Of a DNA stretch of 64,000 nucleotides, positions 26,381-40,589 are shown piece by piece. The notes under the pieces are model-generated. The model was not told where the DNA came from. It saw only the letters and a list, made by a program, of their open reading frames with translations, and ran no database searches. Made by a program: the position numbers and the translations under genes. Each line of letters begins with the position of its first letter. Positions within the stretch are counted from its first letter, which is position 1. This stretch comes from Isurus oxyrinchus (taxonomy: Eukaryota): the NCBI GenBank assembly GCA_026770705.1, contig JANJGN010000035.1:7130001-7194000 (forward strand), in the 5' to 3' direction.

Positions 26381-27349
26381 GTTAGATGGGGAAAACAAAA
26401 TTGTTTTGCATATTTATTCCATGCTTACAACGAAGAATCTTGATGTTCATTTTAATTGGAAGCTGTGTTTGTCGTGGCAGAGATGCTAGTGCTTTAGCAT
26501 TTAATGGGAATGACACTGGTTTACGTCTGAAAGTGAAAAATCGACTAAGGTTTAATACAATACCGGTGGAATGTTAGAGATGCTGCTAAACCGTTGCCAC
26601 ATTTGTTCCTCTAAATTGATGGTGAATTATAAGTCGAGGGATATTTTTTTTTCCCAGGAAATATAAGTCAGCATATTGACAAACCGAAAATGTATAATCA
26701 TGCAGGTTCTGCTCCAAACCCACAAACCATTCCGTGTTGAATGTACATCACCATCCCTTCACAGTAGCTCGGTTAAAATGGTAAGATGCGGTTCGAAATT
26801 TCCCTGCAGTTTTCCCTATACCACAATCATTATTACACCGCAAAATCATATGGTTGGCAAGCTGCATATTCAGCTCTCTTGATAGACTTGCAACTGAGCA
26901 TAGACCGCAACATATGAATGGTGACTGGTGCGTTACCATCTTTTTCCTGACCCTGCCTGATTCATTATTTTACTTTTTAACCAAGTAAATTACGTTTAGT
27001 TAAAGGATAACTTCAAAAAGTACTATCGATCCTCAGTTTTGTGACGCCAGTTCTTTGAATGTGGGAATCGCTGTTCCAGTGTCTCATGCAAAGATGATAT
27101 TGCTTTCCCCCGATTTTCGGAATGATGGGCATTTGGATAACTAGGGCACAATAACTGTTTGAGCTCAATCATTAGAAGCTCAACTTTGGTGAGACTGGAT
27201 TAACACGGGCAAGGATTGAGAAACAAAATTACTTTTAAAATGGTTTGGATTTTGAACAGAATCAAAGTAGTGTTGCAGGTACATATTTTATATCAGGCTT
27301 CAAAATAAATATAAGACAAAACCGTGAAGCAAACGACAATCAAATACAT

Positions 27350-29260
27350 AGATTTGCAGATTGGAGGTGAAGAGGGATAACCAAATGCTGCATTTGAAAA
27401 TAGGTGCTAACTCGGTCATCCTAGCTGTCCCTTTTGTTGTGGCTCTGTTCCATCATATTAGTATGTAATTGCGTAAAGTAATTAGTAAACAACTGAAATG
27501 GGCAGAAAATGTTAGATAACAATAATAATGGAACTATTGGGGTATGAGAGGAAAATTGTACGGAACATTCAATAGAGCAAGTAGCAGACGCTCCTGCAAC
27601 ACATGATGAATAAATAAGTAGCAAGATTGTGCCTTGCTCCCTAGATTTAGAAAACGTGGTATTAATAAAGGAACAAGGAATTAGCAGAGACCGTCAAGAA
27701 GTGTTTTGCTGGCCTCCAAACAGTATAATACACAAAACATGTTATGAATAATGTAAAATCAAGAATCAAAACCAGGGATGTACAGAAGAATGTTATGACT
27801 GCTGGAGAGGGAAACAATTACAATACTACATACACTACTGGGAACAAAGAGTGGTAAGGACCCTAGGATTGATGGCCTGCGCCGTATGACCATAGGCGAC
27901 GTAGACAGAAAGTTACTGAAGCCATTGATGCACTGTTCCAAAACATCATAAATCTGGACTGTTCCCATGGGTTTAGAAAGCCGCAAATACTGAACCGATG
28001 TTCAATAAAGTGCTGTTAATGGGGAGAGGAAACAAAGAACCAGTCGTGAATTAAACTAACAACTATATTTCTGTAAATGTTCAATTTTATTCTTAATGAC
28101 ACTTTGCAGGGCACTTTAAAGCTCATATTTCAGCGAGGCGTTTCAGCATGAAATTATGAAAGGGAGATACTTATAAATAATTCAGTAGAGGACTTTGAGG
28201 ATTTAACAAGCAGGATGGATAAAGGGGAGTCAATAGAGACAGTGTGCATGCATTTGCAAAACAGTTAAATGAAATGATAGTTAAAAAAGTTTACAGCACC
28301 ATGTCAAATCTCATGATGTTGGGGAGACATATTCGTGTCATCACAATTATTTATACGCCAATATATCTCCCCAACAGACATGTAGGATACATGGATCATT
28401 TTCAGTTTGCGAGATACAACTCAGGAATTACTGTTGGGATCAATGCTCAGGTGTAAATTGTTCATGATCCACGGAACTGCTTTAGAGGAGGAGGCTGCTT
28501 GCTTTGTAGCCTACTTTGTTTCTGATAAACATTTGGTTTGAACAAATATCTTTTTGGGGGGGCTGCAAGGAATCTCAAAAAATGTTAAAGGACAGGAAGA
28601 AAAAATTGGCTGGTGCAGTTTAAGGTGAAATAAATGTGAGGTTTAGTACTATGGAAATAATAAATATAAATGAAAATATTGTTTCATTTGAGAGACAGGC
28701 AAGATGACGATAAGTTACAGACAGGCTTCTGCCTTTCTGCAAGAATAACAAATACAGCTCGCATTCAGTTAAAGCCGGTAACTAAGCAGGCAATTCGAAA
28801 GGTATACTTAACTGTAGGGAACAACTAGTAGGGAAATTTTGCTACAAGTAGAATGGAGTTAGGAAATTGAAATCTGACCTGTAGAAAGTTATGAATTCCT
28901 TAGGAGGCGTAATGGGAGAAGCGCTGAGAGAACGTTTCTCCTCCTGTTGGAATTAACAAACTAAGGGTACAGTTCAAAAATAAGTGGTTTCCGTTTAAAG
29001 TGGTGATAGTCCGAGCCTTCTGCTCCTGTGAATTTCCTCAGACCTTGCAGTCTCCGACACAAAGAGTAGTTGAGCCTTTTATACTGGCTGTACTACAGTA
29101 TTAATTAAACAGAGTTTTGATCTTTTACAAAGATAGGCAAGGGAGTAAGTGGTTAGGTGATCAGGGAATTAACTGAAATTAAGGCCACAGTTAGGTCAGC
29201 TATGATCTTACTCACTGCAGATAGGCGCCTTTTTTCTCGGCTCTTTCGTAGGATATTATG
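27350..29260 (+). mobile_element. Degenerate CR1 LINE ORF2 and 3' end (intronic)
   Basis: ggaccctaggattgatggcctgcgcc (PG.DGL.P), cagcatgaaattatgaaagggaga (QHGF.KG), gcaggatggataaagggg and tggctggtgcagtttaaggtgaaataaatgtgagg (W.MQFN..KCEV). Confidence 0.65.
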
Positions 29261-29538
29261 ACTTTGAAAGTCGATTATTTCCGGTGGCTTCCAATGTCTA
29301 ATAATTTTACATTTAGCGATAGAAGCAAATCACATCTGGGCCTGCGAATTTTCAGTCAAGCTAAATCTGAAGAAAGATAATGTTTGCTCGATATTGACTG
29401 AACTGAAGCAAATTATGTCAGCTTCATTATTAAGATGGCCCCTGCGATTTAATATTGAGTTATACATTGTATCTAACTGAGTTTCAAAATACTTTCACAA
29501 CGTTAACTTTTTTTTTTGCTTTAGAAATGTGGTTCAAC

Positions 29539-29626
29539 GTTGAGCTTCAATCAGTTCAGCGAATCTGCAAAGGAATGTTTTAGGTACGAGGAGGATGCCC
29601 CACCCGAGCTGACTGTTCTTATCTAG
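29539..29626 (+). pseudogene. NLR pseudogene 1, terminal exon (last LRR/cap) to the stop codon
   Basis: LSFNQFSESAKECFRYEEDAPPELTVLI*, matching the L..N.FS...(P).L.V cap pattern. The in-phase acceptor reads AC instead of AG. Confidence 0.7.
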
Positions 29627-30719
29627 TGTAGTTTGGAAAGAACGTTCAAGTGACCACATATGCATTTTTCGTACCTGGAAACTAGGGACATCCGTGAGTT
29701 ATTATGCGGATAGATTTTGGTGAGCACTTAAAAAAATAACACAAAGCTGTAAAACTGCTCACCAGTTACGCACACAATCTAAAAAATTATGATTTTATCT
29801 ATAGGAATTAGATTTTGTGAGCAATTTTAAAGTAACCTGATGTCGGAACCCTTTTCAGCTTAATTTAATTGCATAGTGACTTCCGACTTCTATAATATAA
29901 TTGTTTTCAGAATGAGGGTCAACGATTCTACAATGATGTTCATTCAAAATAGCACAAAACATTAGAAATCCTCTAGTTTAATGTCGTGATTTGCATTTAG
30001 TATATATATTCTCATTTTAGCCTGAATTCAAAAGAAATCGTGTCCTTTTATTACTCCTTGGGTTCATTCAAAACATAGCATGTGATATAATCTCTGTCTC
30101 ACGGTGATATTTTACAATGTTGCCAGGATTATATTTGTGAATACTCAAAACAGATGATTAACCGAATGACTGCGCATTTTCTGCTGCAAATGGAGAAAAT
30201 TACTAACAATTTATCTTGTTGCACAAAAAGAGAAAACAAAAAATAATTTGAGCTGGGGGCAAACAACAATGATTTAAAACAAAAAATATTTTCATGGGTG
30301 TGGAGGCTGGGGGGATGTAACGTGATTTCAGCATCAGCAGGGAACTGATTGTACTCTAAATAAAAACCTTGGTTTATTTTTCAGATGCAGTTAATGTTTA
30401 ATTGTTGTCGATGGGAAGGATCATAATTTTCGACACGGCGAATTTTGAGTTGCAATGGTTTTCTGTTATGATAATAGCCCAATTGCAAAGGAACCACACA
30501 AGCAATTGGTTAGATCTTCTGATGGCAAGAAGGGTGAATGTTGAATTCTCCATTCACATTGCGCTTTCAGGCACATTTTAAACTCTAGATGAAAATTGGC
30601 ACTTTACATTCTTAAGAAGTTTAACATGTCACATATCAAGTGGGGCACTGAAATAATCTCTCCAAAAATGAACTTTGCTGCACCCTGCTGGCTAACAGCG
30701 TCATTCAAATCATTACTTC

Positions 30720-31325
30720 ATCGAATCCCTACTTACAAACGCCCAACCACTCCACCCGACCAAGCAACCACACACATTGACCACTGTGAAAATCCGTCGC
30801 AAAACTAACTGCCAACAATCTCACTACACCCCCAACAACACAGCAACCGTCTCACGCATGAACACATTTACATACAAAGTACTCGCATATCAATTGACAC
30901 ATACAAAAATTTCATCACTAAATCACACACAGTTACTCACCTATGCGCCTGTCCACACTGTCACCTATCTACCAACCATCACACAGACTTGCAACCGTTC
31001 ACTCGTTTACCCACACCCAGACTCTTCAAATCACTCACTTACTCAATCATTCAGAAAATCAGCCATTACGCTCACACTCACTCACCTACGCACTCACTCA
31101 AGTACACACTCAGCTGCCCATTTTACAAAAAAATGGATCAACCCATGCACCCAACAGGTCAGTCACCCACCCATCCATGCAACCATCCGCCCACCAACTC
31201 TTTCAATACCTCACGCACTAGCCAATGAGAAAAACACTCATTCACTCACTGATCCAATTACTCAATCATTCACTTAGCCACTCACCCACTGACGTGCGTT
31301 CCCTCCGATCACCTCACTCAGTCAT
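30720..31325 (+). repeat. Degenerate (CACT/CACC)n low-complexity tract
   Basis: Recurrent cactcactca and cacccac units, which explain the overlapping H/T/P/S-rich ORFs. Confidence 0.75.
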
Positions 31326-32149
31326 CACAATCCCAAATAAAATGTCTCTGTTACCTAGATGAATATTGCATTTTACATTTAAAAAATGTGTGGTCCTTTG
31401 ATTTCTTCTTTTTCGCAATTCCTCCCTTTGCATGTTTGCTCTGATATATCGCTGTTGAAGGATATTAGAAATACTGGTCAAACATATTCCAAAATATAAA
31501 GGAACAGTAATCTCCGCTGTCTGTAGGGATCTGAAATAAAACAAAATGCCTTTTACAAGATGACCCGGCCGATATATTACTACATGATCTGTTGTTTTCT
31601 ACTAATTTCGAAATTGATTTTTATCATTATCTGAATAGAGAACAAAAGAAATGCAGAGGAACTGGAGGAATTTGTCATATGTAATAGTTAATTTTTCTCA
31701 CATAGAAATGGGACGAACACAACAGAATTAATAGTTTCTACGTGTGGGGAGAACAATCAATGAAAGTGTGACTAGATGACGTCACGGAATTTTATTTTCA
31801 ATATTGTCACATGTCTTACCGGCGCTCCACAGCTCACCACTCATCGAGAGTGGAGTTTTTGATGTTCCAAGTGGCAAGCCAATTGGAATAAAACCTGTGC
31901 TACTGTTTCTTTCTCATTGGTTGTGTTCTTCTCGAATAACTGCATGTATTATACTTTGAAATGTAGTTCCAAGAACAAATAATCATCATACTAACTATTT
32001 CTCCTGTAGAGATGCACGAAGTATTAAGACAAAATACAGCGTTTTTGAGGCAAACATCAGAATCTCAATGTGAAATGAAATAATTTTGCTAAATATATCA
32101 ACAGCCTAATAGAACACAATTGCGTAGTTAAATACAAACACAGATGACA

Positions 32150-32217
32150 ACCACACACACACCCATACACACCCATTCACACACACATACACACACACAG
32201 ACACACACACACACACA
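32150..32217 (+). repeat. (CA)n microsatellite, imperfect
   Basis: Directly visible. Confidence 0.9.
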
Positions 32218-32239
32218 TTAACAGACAAAATCCATGTGA

Positions 32240-33410
32240 GAACAAGGAAGATGGCACTGGCTACGGCACTGACAATATCCTGGCACTAGTGTTGAATACA
32301 TGTTCTGCAGAACTTGCCACGCTGCGAGCCAAGGTTCTTCCAGTGCAGCTACAACACTGTCATCTACAACATTACATGGACAATTGCCTCATATGTTCTG
32401 TACAGCAGAAGGAGGACACATCAAAACCGGCCAATTAACACCAGGCCACTCTCCATCATCACGGAAAGACCTCGGCAATGCTATTATTGCCTGTTTCACC
32501 AAGGACCTTCCTTCCATGATAAGTTCAAAAGTGAGCATGTTCGCTGATATTTGAACAATGTTAGCAGCAATCTTCACTTCTCAGATACTGAAGGTGTACG
32601 TTACCAATTTTATAAAGAACTGGGATTTTCCATGCTGGAACAGACGAATGGCATTAATATTCACGCCACACAAGCATCAGGAATAGACAATCTTCAATAA
32701 CAGAGCATCCAGATATCGTGCCTAGATGTTGAATTTCATTACTATTACTGAACCCCTCAAAATCTACATTTTGAAGGTTACCATTGACCAAAAACTGAAC
32801 TGGACTAGCTACTTAAATACTTTGGCTACTGCAGTAGGTCAGAGGTCAGGGATACTGTGACGGGTAGCCCAACCCATGACTCCCAAAAGACGGTCCCCCC
32901 CTACTGGGCACATGCAGGGGCATGATGGAATGCTCCCCAAATGCCTGGACAAGTGCGGCTTCTAAAATATTCAATAACATTGACACCTCCCAGGACAATG
33001 CAGCCTGCTTGATTAGCACCACACCGATAACGATTCACTCCTTCCACCACTCCATCCTCTACCATATAAAGGATGCACTGCAGGAATTCACCGAGTGTTC
33101 TTCGCCAGCACCTTTCAATCCCACGACCATCATAATTTGCAAGGACAAGAGCAATAAATAGATGAGAACACCACGACCTCGAAGATCACCTCCAATTCAC
33201 CCAGCATTCCAAATTGGAAATATACCTTCATTCCATCAAGGTCGTTTGGTCAAAAAAAACTGTAAATGCCTTCCTTACAGCACGCTGGGTGTACCTGCAC
33301 GAAATCGGCCGCAGCTCTTCAAGGAATCCACTCAGCCTCACACTCCCAAGGCCAACTAGGTGAGCGTAATAAATGCTGGCCGTACAGCGAAGCTCACATC
33401 ACATGAATAA
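32240..33410 (+). mobile_element. LINE family B fragment (internally deleted RT plus 3' UTR)
   Basis: ACFTKDLPSMISSKVSMFADI and MMECSPNAWTSAA, ending taataaatgctggccgtacagcgaagctcacatcacatgaataaa. Confidence 0.8.
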
Positions 33411-33582
33411 ATATGCAAACACACGAACACACAAACAGAAACACGTATAAAAATAAATATTTTCCTTATATAACCATGTTGCACATTTTGGTATGTGCGA
33501 CACATTCTGGCAAAAGTAGTATGTTGTCATTAGCATGAACATATGAATAGTATTCACGAAATGGAAACAATAATCCTTGATA

Positions 33583-34577
33583 AATGCAAAAAAAAACTGT
33601 GGATGCTGGAAATCCAAAAAAAGAAAACAAAAACAAAAACACCTGGAAAAACTCAGCATGTTTGACAGCATCTGTGAAGAGGAACACAGTTAACCTTTCG
33701 AGTCCGCATGATTCTCCTCAGTGTCCAAGAGCCCAGCAATCCTTTCAAGTGAAAGAGCATTTTACCTGCTTCCCTCAATTCAGTCTATTGCATTCGCTGC
33801 TCCGAATGCACTTCCCTCTACACTGAGGAGATCAAACGCAGACTCACCGACCACTTTTTGGAACACTTTCAGCCTGTCCGCAATCATGGCCTATGCCTCC
33901 CTGTCGCTGGCCATTTGAACACACCATGCTGCTCTCATTTCCACATGTCCGTCTTTGGACTACTGCATTGATGCAAAGAAGCTCAACGCAAATTGGAGCA
34001 ACAGCACCTCATCTTCTGGGTAAGCACTTTAAAGCCTTGCGGACTGAATATTGAGTTCACCAATTTTCGGTCCTGAAATCTCTCTTCCATCCCCACCCTT
34101 TTTCCGGTCCACCTTTTTTCCCAATAATTTATATAGATTTTTATTTTCCCACCTATTTAAATGATTTTTAAATGTGTTTCATTCCCTTGTTTTATCTCTA
34201 TGTTTTAGTGTATTTCGATCCCTTACCCGCACCACACCCCCCCCCCCCCCCCCCCCACCCCCGCCATCCCCAGTTCCACTCCGGCTGTCTGCACCTTGCT
34301 CGTCCTGCTTTCTAACCTTAGTTTCAGCTATTTTCACATTCCTTAGATAATATCACCACCTTCCTCACCTCTTTTCCCTTTTGGCTATGACATCTTTTTG
34401 TTATCTCCACCTATCACTGGCCCTCTATCCAGCTGTACCAGTTCCATTCCTCCCCCAGCACCCTCCCTCCTTAAACCAGCTTATATTTCTCCTTTTTTCT
34501 ATTTTTGCTTAGTTCTACTGAAGAGTCAAAGTGACTCGACACGTTAACTGTTTTCCTTTCCGCAGATGCTGTCAGAG
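33583..34577 (+). mobile_element. 5'-truncated Penelope-like element with inverted pLTR, GIY-YIG endonuclease remnant and 3' pLTR
   Basis: 33583-33721 is an inverted copy of the terminal repeat at about 34510-34577. QSFQVKEHFTC / VYCIRCSEC..YTEEIKRRL.DHFLEH is a GIY-YIG remnant. Confidence 0.85.
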
Positions 34578-34789
34578 AATAATCTTCCATGTGATATCTT
34601 TCAAATTACTTTTTGAAATCCTTCCACACTTAAACTATTATCATTAATTAAACTTCCCTTTGCTCAAGGGGCCGCACGTCCTGACAAGTGTATTATTTTA
34701 CTCGTTGTCTGTCCTCCCTTTTTTCCATCTAATTATATTCCGAAGTTATAGCCCATCTGTTTTCTGACGATGAAAGAACCTTTGTTATA

Positions 34790-37500
34790 ATATGTTTAAT
34801 TTAACACTGGTGGTGACTGACCCTTCAAAAAAGAAATTCCACTGTCCCCTATCCTCCCTTTCCATGACTCTCGTAATCTTGTACACTTCGATCATTTCAC
34901 CTCTCAGTCTGCCCTGCTCCAACGAAAACAATCCATTTCTTTCCAATCTCTTTTCATAACATAAATGTTTTATCCCAGGCAAGATTCTGGTGAATCTCCT
35001 CTGCACCCATTGCAGTTGTATCACATACTTCCTATAAAGCCAGGTACAGAACTGCACACTGTACTTCAGCTGTGGACTCACCAACATTCTGTACAACTCC
35101 AACAAGATCTCCATACTTTTGTAATGTATGCCTCGATTGATAAAGGCATGTGTCCCATCTGCCCACTTCACGAGCCAACGATCATGCCTCTCCACTTTCA
35201 GAGATCTATGGACACACATGCCAAGGTCCCTTTCATCTCCAGAAACGCCTAGTTTCATGTCGATGATTGAATACTTCCTTGTCAAATTTCTCCTTCCAAA
35301 GTCTATCACCTCACATTTTTCAGGGTTAAGTTCAATTTGCCACTTATTTGACCGCTGGGCAATACCTCTATCTTCTTGCAGGCGAAGATAATCAAGCTCA
35401 CTGATAAACACCATGCCACGATTGTGTTATCCACACACTTACTAATCCTACCCACTTCAAAGTTATCTATGTAGACATATAAATGCAAATAATAGGGCAC
35501 CCAAAAAATAAACCCTTGGGTGCGCCACTGGCCACTCGCTTCGAATTTGTAAGGTATGATTCTGCCATCACACCTCTGTGTCCTACAAGAATAATCGTTT
35601 TGAATCCACCTAATCAAATTGCCCTGCATCCCATGTGTAGTTGCCTTCTTTAAACGTCTCTCATATTGGACATTTTCAAAGGCTCTGCTGAAATACATGC
35701 AAACTGCATCAACTGCATTCCGCTCATCTACATACCTGGTCATATGATCAAACAAATTCATTCAAATTTGTTAGGCATGGTCTCCATGTGACAAAGCCAT
35801 GCTGACTATCCCTGATAAAAACTTGCCTCTCCCAAGTGAAGATAGATGCTATGCTACAGAATTTTTGAAATAGTTTCCTTAGCACTGACTTGAGATTCAG
35901 TGGTGTCTAGTTACATTGATTGTCTCTGCAAAACTTCATAAATAGCGGAACCACGTTAGCTGTTCTCCAGTCCTCTTGCACCTCCCCCGTGGCGTTAGAG
36001 GAATGAAAATATGAGTTTGAGGCCCTGCATTCTCCTGCATTGTCTCCCTCACAACCCTGGGACACCCATGATACGGACCTAGGGATTTGTCAACTATTAA
36101 GCTGGCCAATGCGTCCAATTTCTTGTCACTCCCCACATCAATTTGCTCCTGAACTTCGCAGCCTCAGACCCCAAGCTTGATATCTTCATCCACATTCTCG
36201 AGGGTGAAGAATGATCAGAAGTATTTGTTCAATACTCTAGCAGTGCCCTCTTTGTCCACCCACAGATTCACCCACTTGCTGCCTAATGGGCGCTAGATTT
36301 TCCCCGGTTTTCTTCTTCCCAATGATCTGCTTGTAAAATCTATTGTTTTTTTCTCTACTCTTACCAGCCAAAGCTTTCTTATGTCCCCCCTTTGCTCTGC
36401 AATGTTGATTTCTTAAGCTCCACCCTGCAACTTCTGCACTCCAAAAATGCCTCCGCTGATTTGTTCCATTTGGACCTGTTAAGTCCGCTTTCTATTTTCT
36501 CAACTTCTCCTGAATATCTCTGGTCATCCATGGTTCTCTGGGCTTGCCCTTCCGTCCAAACAACGCAAAGGGAACATGCTGAGCCTTTAACCTCCGCATT
36601 TCCTTTCTGATTGCTCTCGACTGCTCCTATGCAGATATCGCCATGATATCGTTCCCAGTCCAACTTGGCCAGATCGTGCCTTATTTTTCTTAATGTGTAC
36701 CATTTTGTGGTCGCCATCACGAAAATGCCCCCCCTTCCCCCACTCCACCCCCGCTCTCAATTCCCACCACCTCAGCCATCTGTCTTGCTTTATTCCACAG
36801 AAATATATCCAGCGCTGTGCTGTCCTGCGATTTCCCCTCCACATATTGACGTAACTAAAGCTCCTCTACATATTTCAGTAAATCCACTCCATCCAAAATG
36901 TTAGCAATATGCGTATCCAAATTAATGTTAGGAAAGTTGAAATCACCTAAAATAAATAACCTATTCTTATTGTTTTAACAAAACTCCGTACGTTGTGTAC
37001 ATATTTTCTCCTCAATATCCCGCTGAGTACCTGGCGGCCTATAATAAACACCCAACAATGTTGCTGCCCCTTTTTTTATTCCTAAGCTCGACCCACAAAA
37101 ATCATTGGATGCCACCTCCATGGTATTATTTCTCCTTACTGCATTTAATGATACCATAATTAATAACACAGTTAATCCTCCTCTTTTACTCCATCCACTG
37201 CCTCGGCTGAAGATTATATCCCGGAATTTTGAGCTGCCTATCATGTCCCTTCCTCAACTACGTCTCAGTGATAGCTACTATATAGCAATTCCACGTGCCA
37301 AACCTCACCCTCAACTCATCCGTTTTGCCTGCAAAACTCCAGGCATTATTTTAGAGGCCATCCAGACTTTCCTTGCTGCCTTCAAACTTAAAGCAACTGT
37401 ACTCCCTCTGACTTGATTGTTATATTTTATTATGATGTGCACCTATTCTGCTAACATTCTGTCCTCTCCAGTGTTTTGTTGAATTGTCCACCAGCATTCA
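34790..37500 (-). mobile_element. CR1 LINE ORF2 (APE endonuclease plus RT), frameshifted
   Basis: KRGGLTVLL, TLLGVYYRPP, KSLGPYHGCPRV, VDAVCMYFSRAFENV, KWQIELNPEKCEV, LYRMLVSPQLKYSVQF, VQRRFTRILPG. Confidence 0.9.
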
Positions 37501-37599
37501 CGACTCGATCAGTCGGGACAACAGTCATTAGATCTTTCTGTTGGTTGTGGAATTATTTAGCTCTATTTATCATTTGCTGCATATGTTGTTTAGCACAGA

Positions 37600-38680
37600 A
37601 GTAGCCCTGTCACGTAGCTTCTCCAGGTTGACTCGTAGTTTTTACGTACGCCTGGTACTGCTCCTGCCACGACCTCCTTAACCGTTGTGAGGCAGGGATG
37701 ATCTCATTGCTTTGCAGTAATAGTAGAAAGAGTGATGTGCCGAGCCATTATGTTAAGATTGTATTTGCGTACTGCTCTGCTACTGCTGATGGTTCACAGG
37801 GACTCATGCTTGCCAATTCTTGAATTGGTAGACACCTTCAAAACCTATCCCATTTAGTAAGGTAACCAGGCCAAACAACGCGTTGGAGGGCACTTTCGAA
37901 GTGAGGGCGGGGCTTCGAACACAAAAGTCATGTCTGCTGTAAACTCAGAGCAATAATCTCATGGACTGATGCACGTGCGGCAGGCAATTTGTTGAGGGTG
38001 AGGTCAGGAAGCATTTTCCACTAGCTGGTTCCCTCATCACCTGCCACAGAATCCTCTACTAACAAGCTCAGTAAGCAGTGGTGCAGTATAATTAGTCTTG
38101 GTAATGAGCACAGCGGTTCCCCAGCCAGTGTGCATATTGCACACTTGCCACACATAGTGCTTGCTCTAATTGATTACCAACATGGAGGAGTGCTAATGCA
38201 TCAGCTGTAGGTGTGTGGAATGTGATAAGCAGTAAGGGGCTCCCTTCCACATGTTTCACATTATACCATGAGAATTTATGTGGGTCGGGGTCAATGTTGA
38301 GTTTTACTATATATACTCCCAACGCGTATATATCACTATACTTCCACTTCTGCTGTGTCTGTTCTGCAGGTGGGTGGGGTCACACCCAGGTTGGGTTATC
38401 GTTTTTGCTCGGACATTGCCTGTCAGGCATGGTTCCATGAGTTTGACTATGTCAGGGACTTGCTTGATTAAACTTCGAAGCAGCTCTCCCAATGTTGTGC
38501 CAAGCTTCCAGAGGTTATTAAGAAAGGATTTGCAGTTTCGGCGGGGGTGAATTTGCCATTATAATTCCTGACACCTAGACCGATGGCATTTTTAATTCCT
38601 TTGCAATATATTGCAATTTTCAACACCAGGCCTTTTGACAAATATTGCTCTTCAGATCTGTCTGCCTCTGAGCCAATTTG
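37600..38680 (-). mobile_element. LINE family B endonuclease-region fragment
   Basis: IKQVPDIVKLMEPCLT..TITQPG and SPLLLITFHTP..ALALLHV..LEQALCVA..WLG (APE-like). Confidence 0.6.
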
Positions 38681-38738
38681 CATGTAGATGTGCAAGGAAC
38701 CCGGACACTATTACCCCTGAACTTCTTTTCAGGGACTC

Positions 38739-39222
38739 AGGGAATCACAGCATCACAGTGCAGAAGCGGACCTTCGGCCCATCGAGTGTGCACCGAATTC
38801 CGAGAAACACCACCCCTATCTAAACACATTTATGAACACTTGGCACACAATCTTGAATGTTACGACGTGCAAGTGCTCAGCTATGTAATTTTTATGGTTG
38901 CGAGGCAACCCACCTCCACCACTCTCCCAGGCATTGCAATCCGTGCAGTCACCACCCTCTGGCTAAAACCATTTTTCTTGACATCCTCCCTGAACTCCCA
39001 GCCCCTCACATTTAATTTATATCCCCACGTGACCTCCCCTTCATATAAGGGAACAGATGCAGCCTATCCACTCTGCCCTTGCCCTCAAAATCTTGCACAC
39101 CTTGATCAGGTCGCCCCTCAGTCTTCTCTGTTCCAGCAAAAACAACCAAAGTCTCTCCAACCTCTCTTCATTACTTAAATGTTTCATTCCTGGCAAGATG
39201 CTGGTGAATCTCCTCTGCTCCT
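38739..39222 (-). mobile_element. CR1 LINE 3' end (5'-truncated)
   Basis: cacagtgcagaagcggaccttcggcccatcgagtgtgcac at the start and cctggcaagatgctggtgaatctcctctg (reverse of QRRFT.ILPG) at the end. Confidence 0.8.
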
Positions 39223-39529
39223 CATTTTATTTTACTTTAGAGACTAACTCCTGATCATTTGTGAACGTGGCATTCCATCAACCAAAATGCCACTTGTTCC
39301 AGCATGCATGTCCACAATGTGATGCATTCCATACCTTTCCATGTTTTTTTTTTCTCGAGACGCCACAAAATCCCCGTTCACTTGGCCCAGGATAGGCAGC
39401 AAAAATTTCATTGTTCTGTTTATTAGCTACAGGGAGCGCTACTGAACTCCCAGTATAATAACCCGGCTACTCGGTTGTTCCAACCCTCCCCACTTCGGAA
39501 AGCTTTCTGAACCACAGTACCGACGTTCC

Positions 39530-40350
39530 AAAATGTGGTAATGCTCTCTGCACAGTCTCTAATCGTCCATGTGTCACAAGCGCATGGTAACTTTTGTACA
39601 GTCCAGTTTTTAAGGGGCCTCCCGCTTAACGTCTTCTAATCGCCACGACCAAACTACTTTATAGTCATATATCCTCTTCCTGCATCTATGCTAACCCCAG
39701 AAGTTCCAATATAATCTGGGTAAAACTGTCAAGATGCTATTTTCACTCCTATGTATGTTGGAAGTTTACCATTCGAATTCCACCTAAATGACTGAGAGCC
39801 TGAAAGATTCTAGATAGAAACATCTCTGGAGACATCTTTACTGGGACAGCATTGCTACTTACAAACTCCATAAAAAATGCTGTCGTAGATACATGTATAC
39901 AGCTACAATAGCACTATCCATGTCAAAGCAATGCGCTTGTTTGGCACCCATTCACAAATTAAACTACCCCTTTTTCCAACATCGGTGCAGATTGCCTTTC
40001 TTGTGTACCATCTGCAGCATTCTCTGCAGCAAAGTGCAAATCGTTCTTCCACAGGTCCCCCCAAATCAGGGAGACTACCAGACAGAACGACAAGACAGCT
40101 GGAGCGTTGCAAGGCTATGAACTGCAAATTTTCCTCCAAGCTTCCCAATATCATTATTGATCGATGATTGTCAGTATTTCTCATTAGGCCACGATCCTGG
40201 AAACCTCTGTCTCACAGCCCCGTGGGACCACCCCGATCACAAGGATGGTAGTAATTCTAGAAGAACTCCAATCACTACCTTCTGAAAGGAAATCAGAATA
40301 GACATACTATCCATCAATTTTTGACATAAGGTCAACGACTCATTAAAATA
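39530..40350 (+). mobile_element. Very degenerate LINE 3' fragment (family B-like)
   Basis: gtgtaccatctgcagcattctctgcagcaa and tcctggaaacctctgtctcacagccccgtgggaccacc resemble the 14220-14470 region. Confidence 0.45.
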
Positions 40351-40538
40351 TATACTTTAAATGTCAGGAATAGGTTGTTGGGAGAAGATTGTCAAAAATG
40401 TCACATGGAACACAGCTTGGAAAAGAATCAAACCACCCGTTGTATGTAAGCCGGCTTCAGATGTGCAAAAGCTTTTCAATGAAATGTGTAGGTAACACTA
40501 AGTGTTAGAGAGTGTAGAGATGTGAGGTTGATATCTCT

Positions 40539-40540
<2 letters not shown>

Positions 40541-40584
<44 letters not shown>
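40541..40584. repeat. (AT)n microsatellite
   Basis: Directly visible perfect AT run. Confidence 0.95.

Positions 40585-40589
<5 letters not shown>

Larger units (their letters stand above)
15459..29626 (+). pseudogene. NLR (NACHT-LRR; NLRC3/NLRP-like expanded family) pseudogene 1, five recognisable exons
   Basis: Exons 15459-15790, 16143-17831, 25590-25676, 26190-26380 and 29539-29626 have compatible splice phases. Multiple in-frame stops and frameshifts. Confidence 0.9.

Noticed and set aside
15459-29626. Assigning a specific gene symbol (NLRP3, NLRP12, NLRC3) or calling the gene intact
   Set aside because: No PYD is seen, orthology cannot be judged without a tree, and there are multiple stops and frameshifts.
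30777-31277. 166-aa ORF and overlapping ORFs
   Set aside because: They result from the stop-poor degenerate CACT repeat.
34785-35414. 209-aa ORF, the longest in the window, as a host gene
   Set aside because: It is the C-terminal part of CR1 ORF2.
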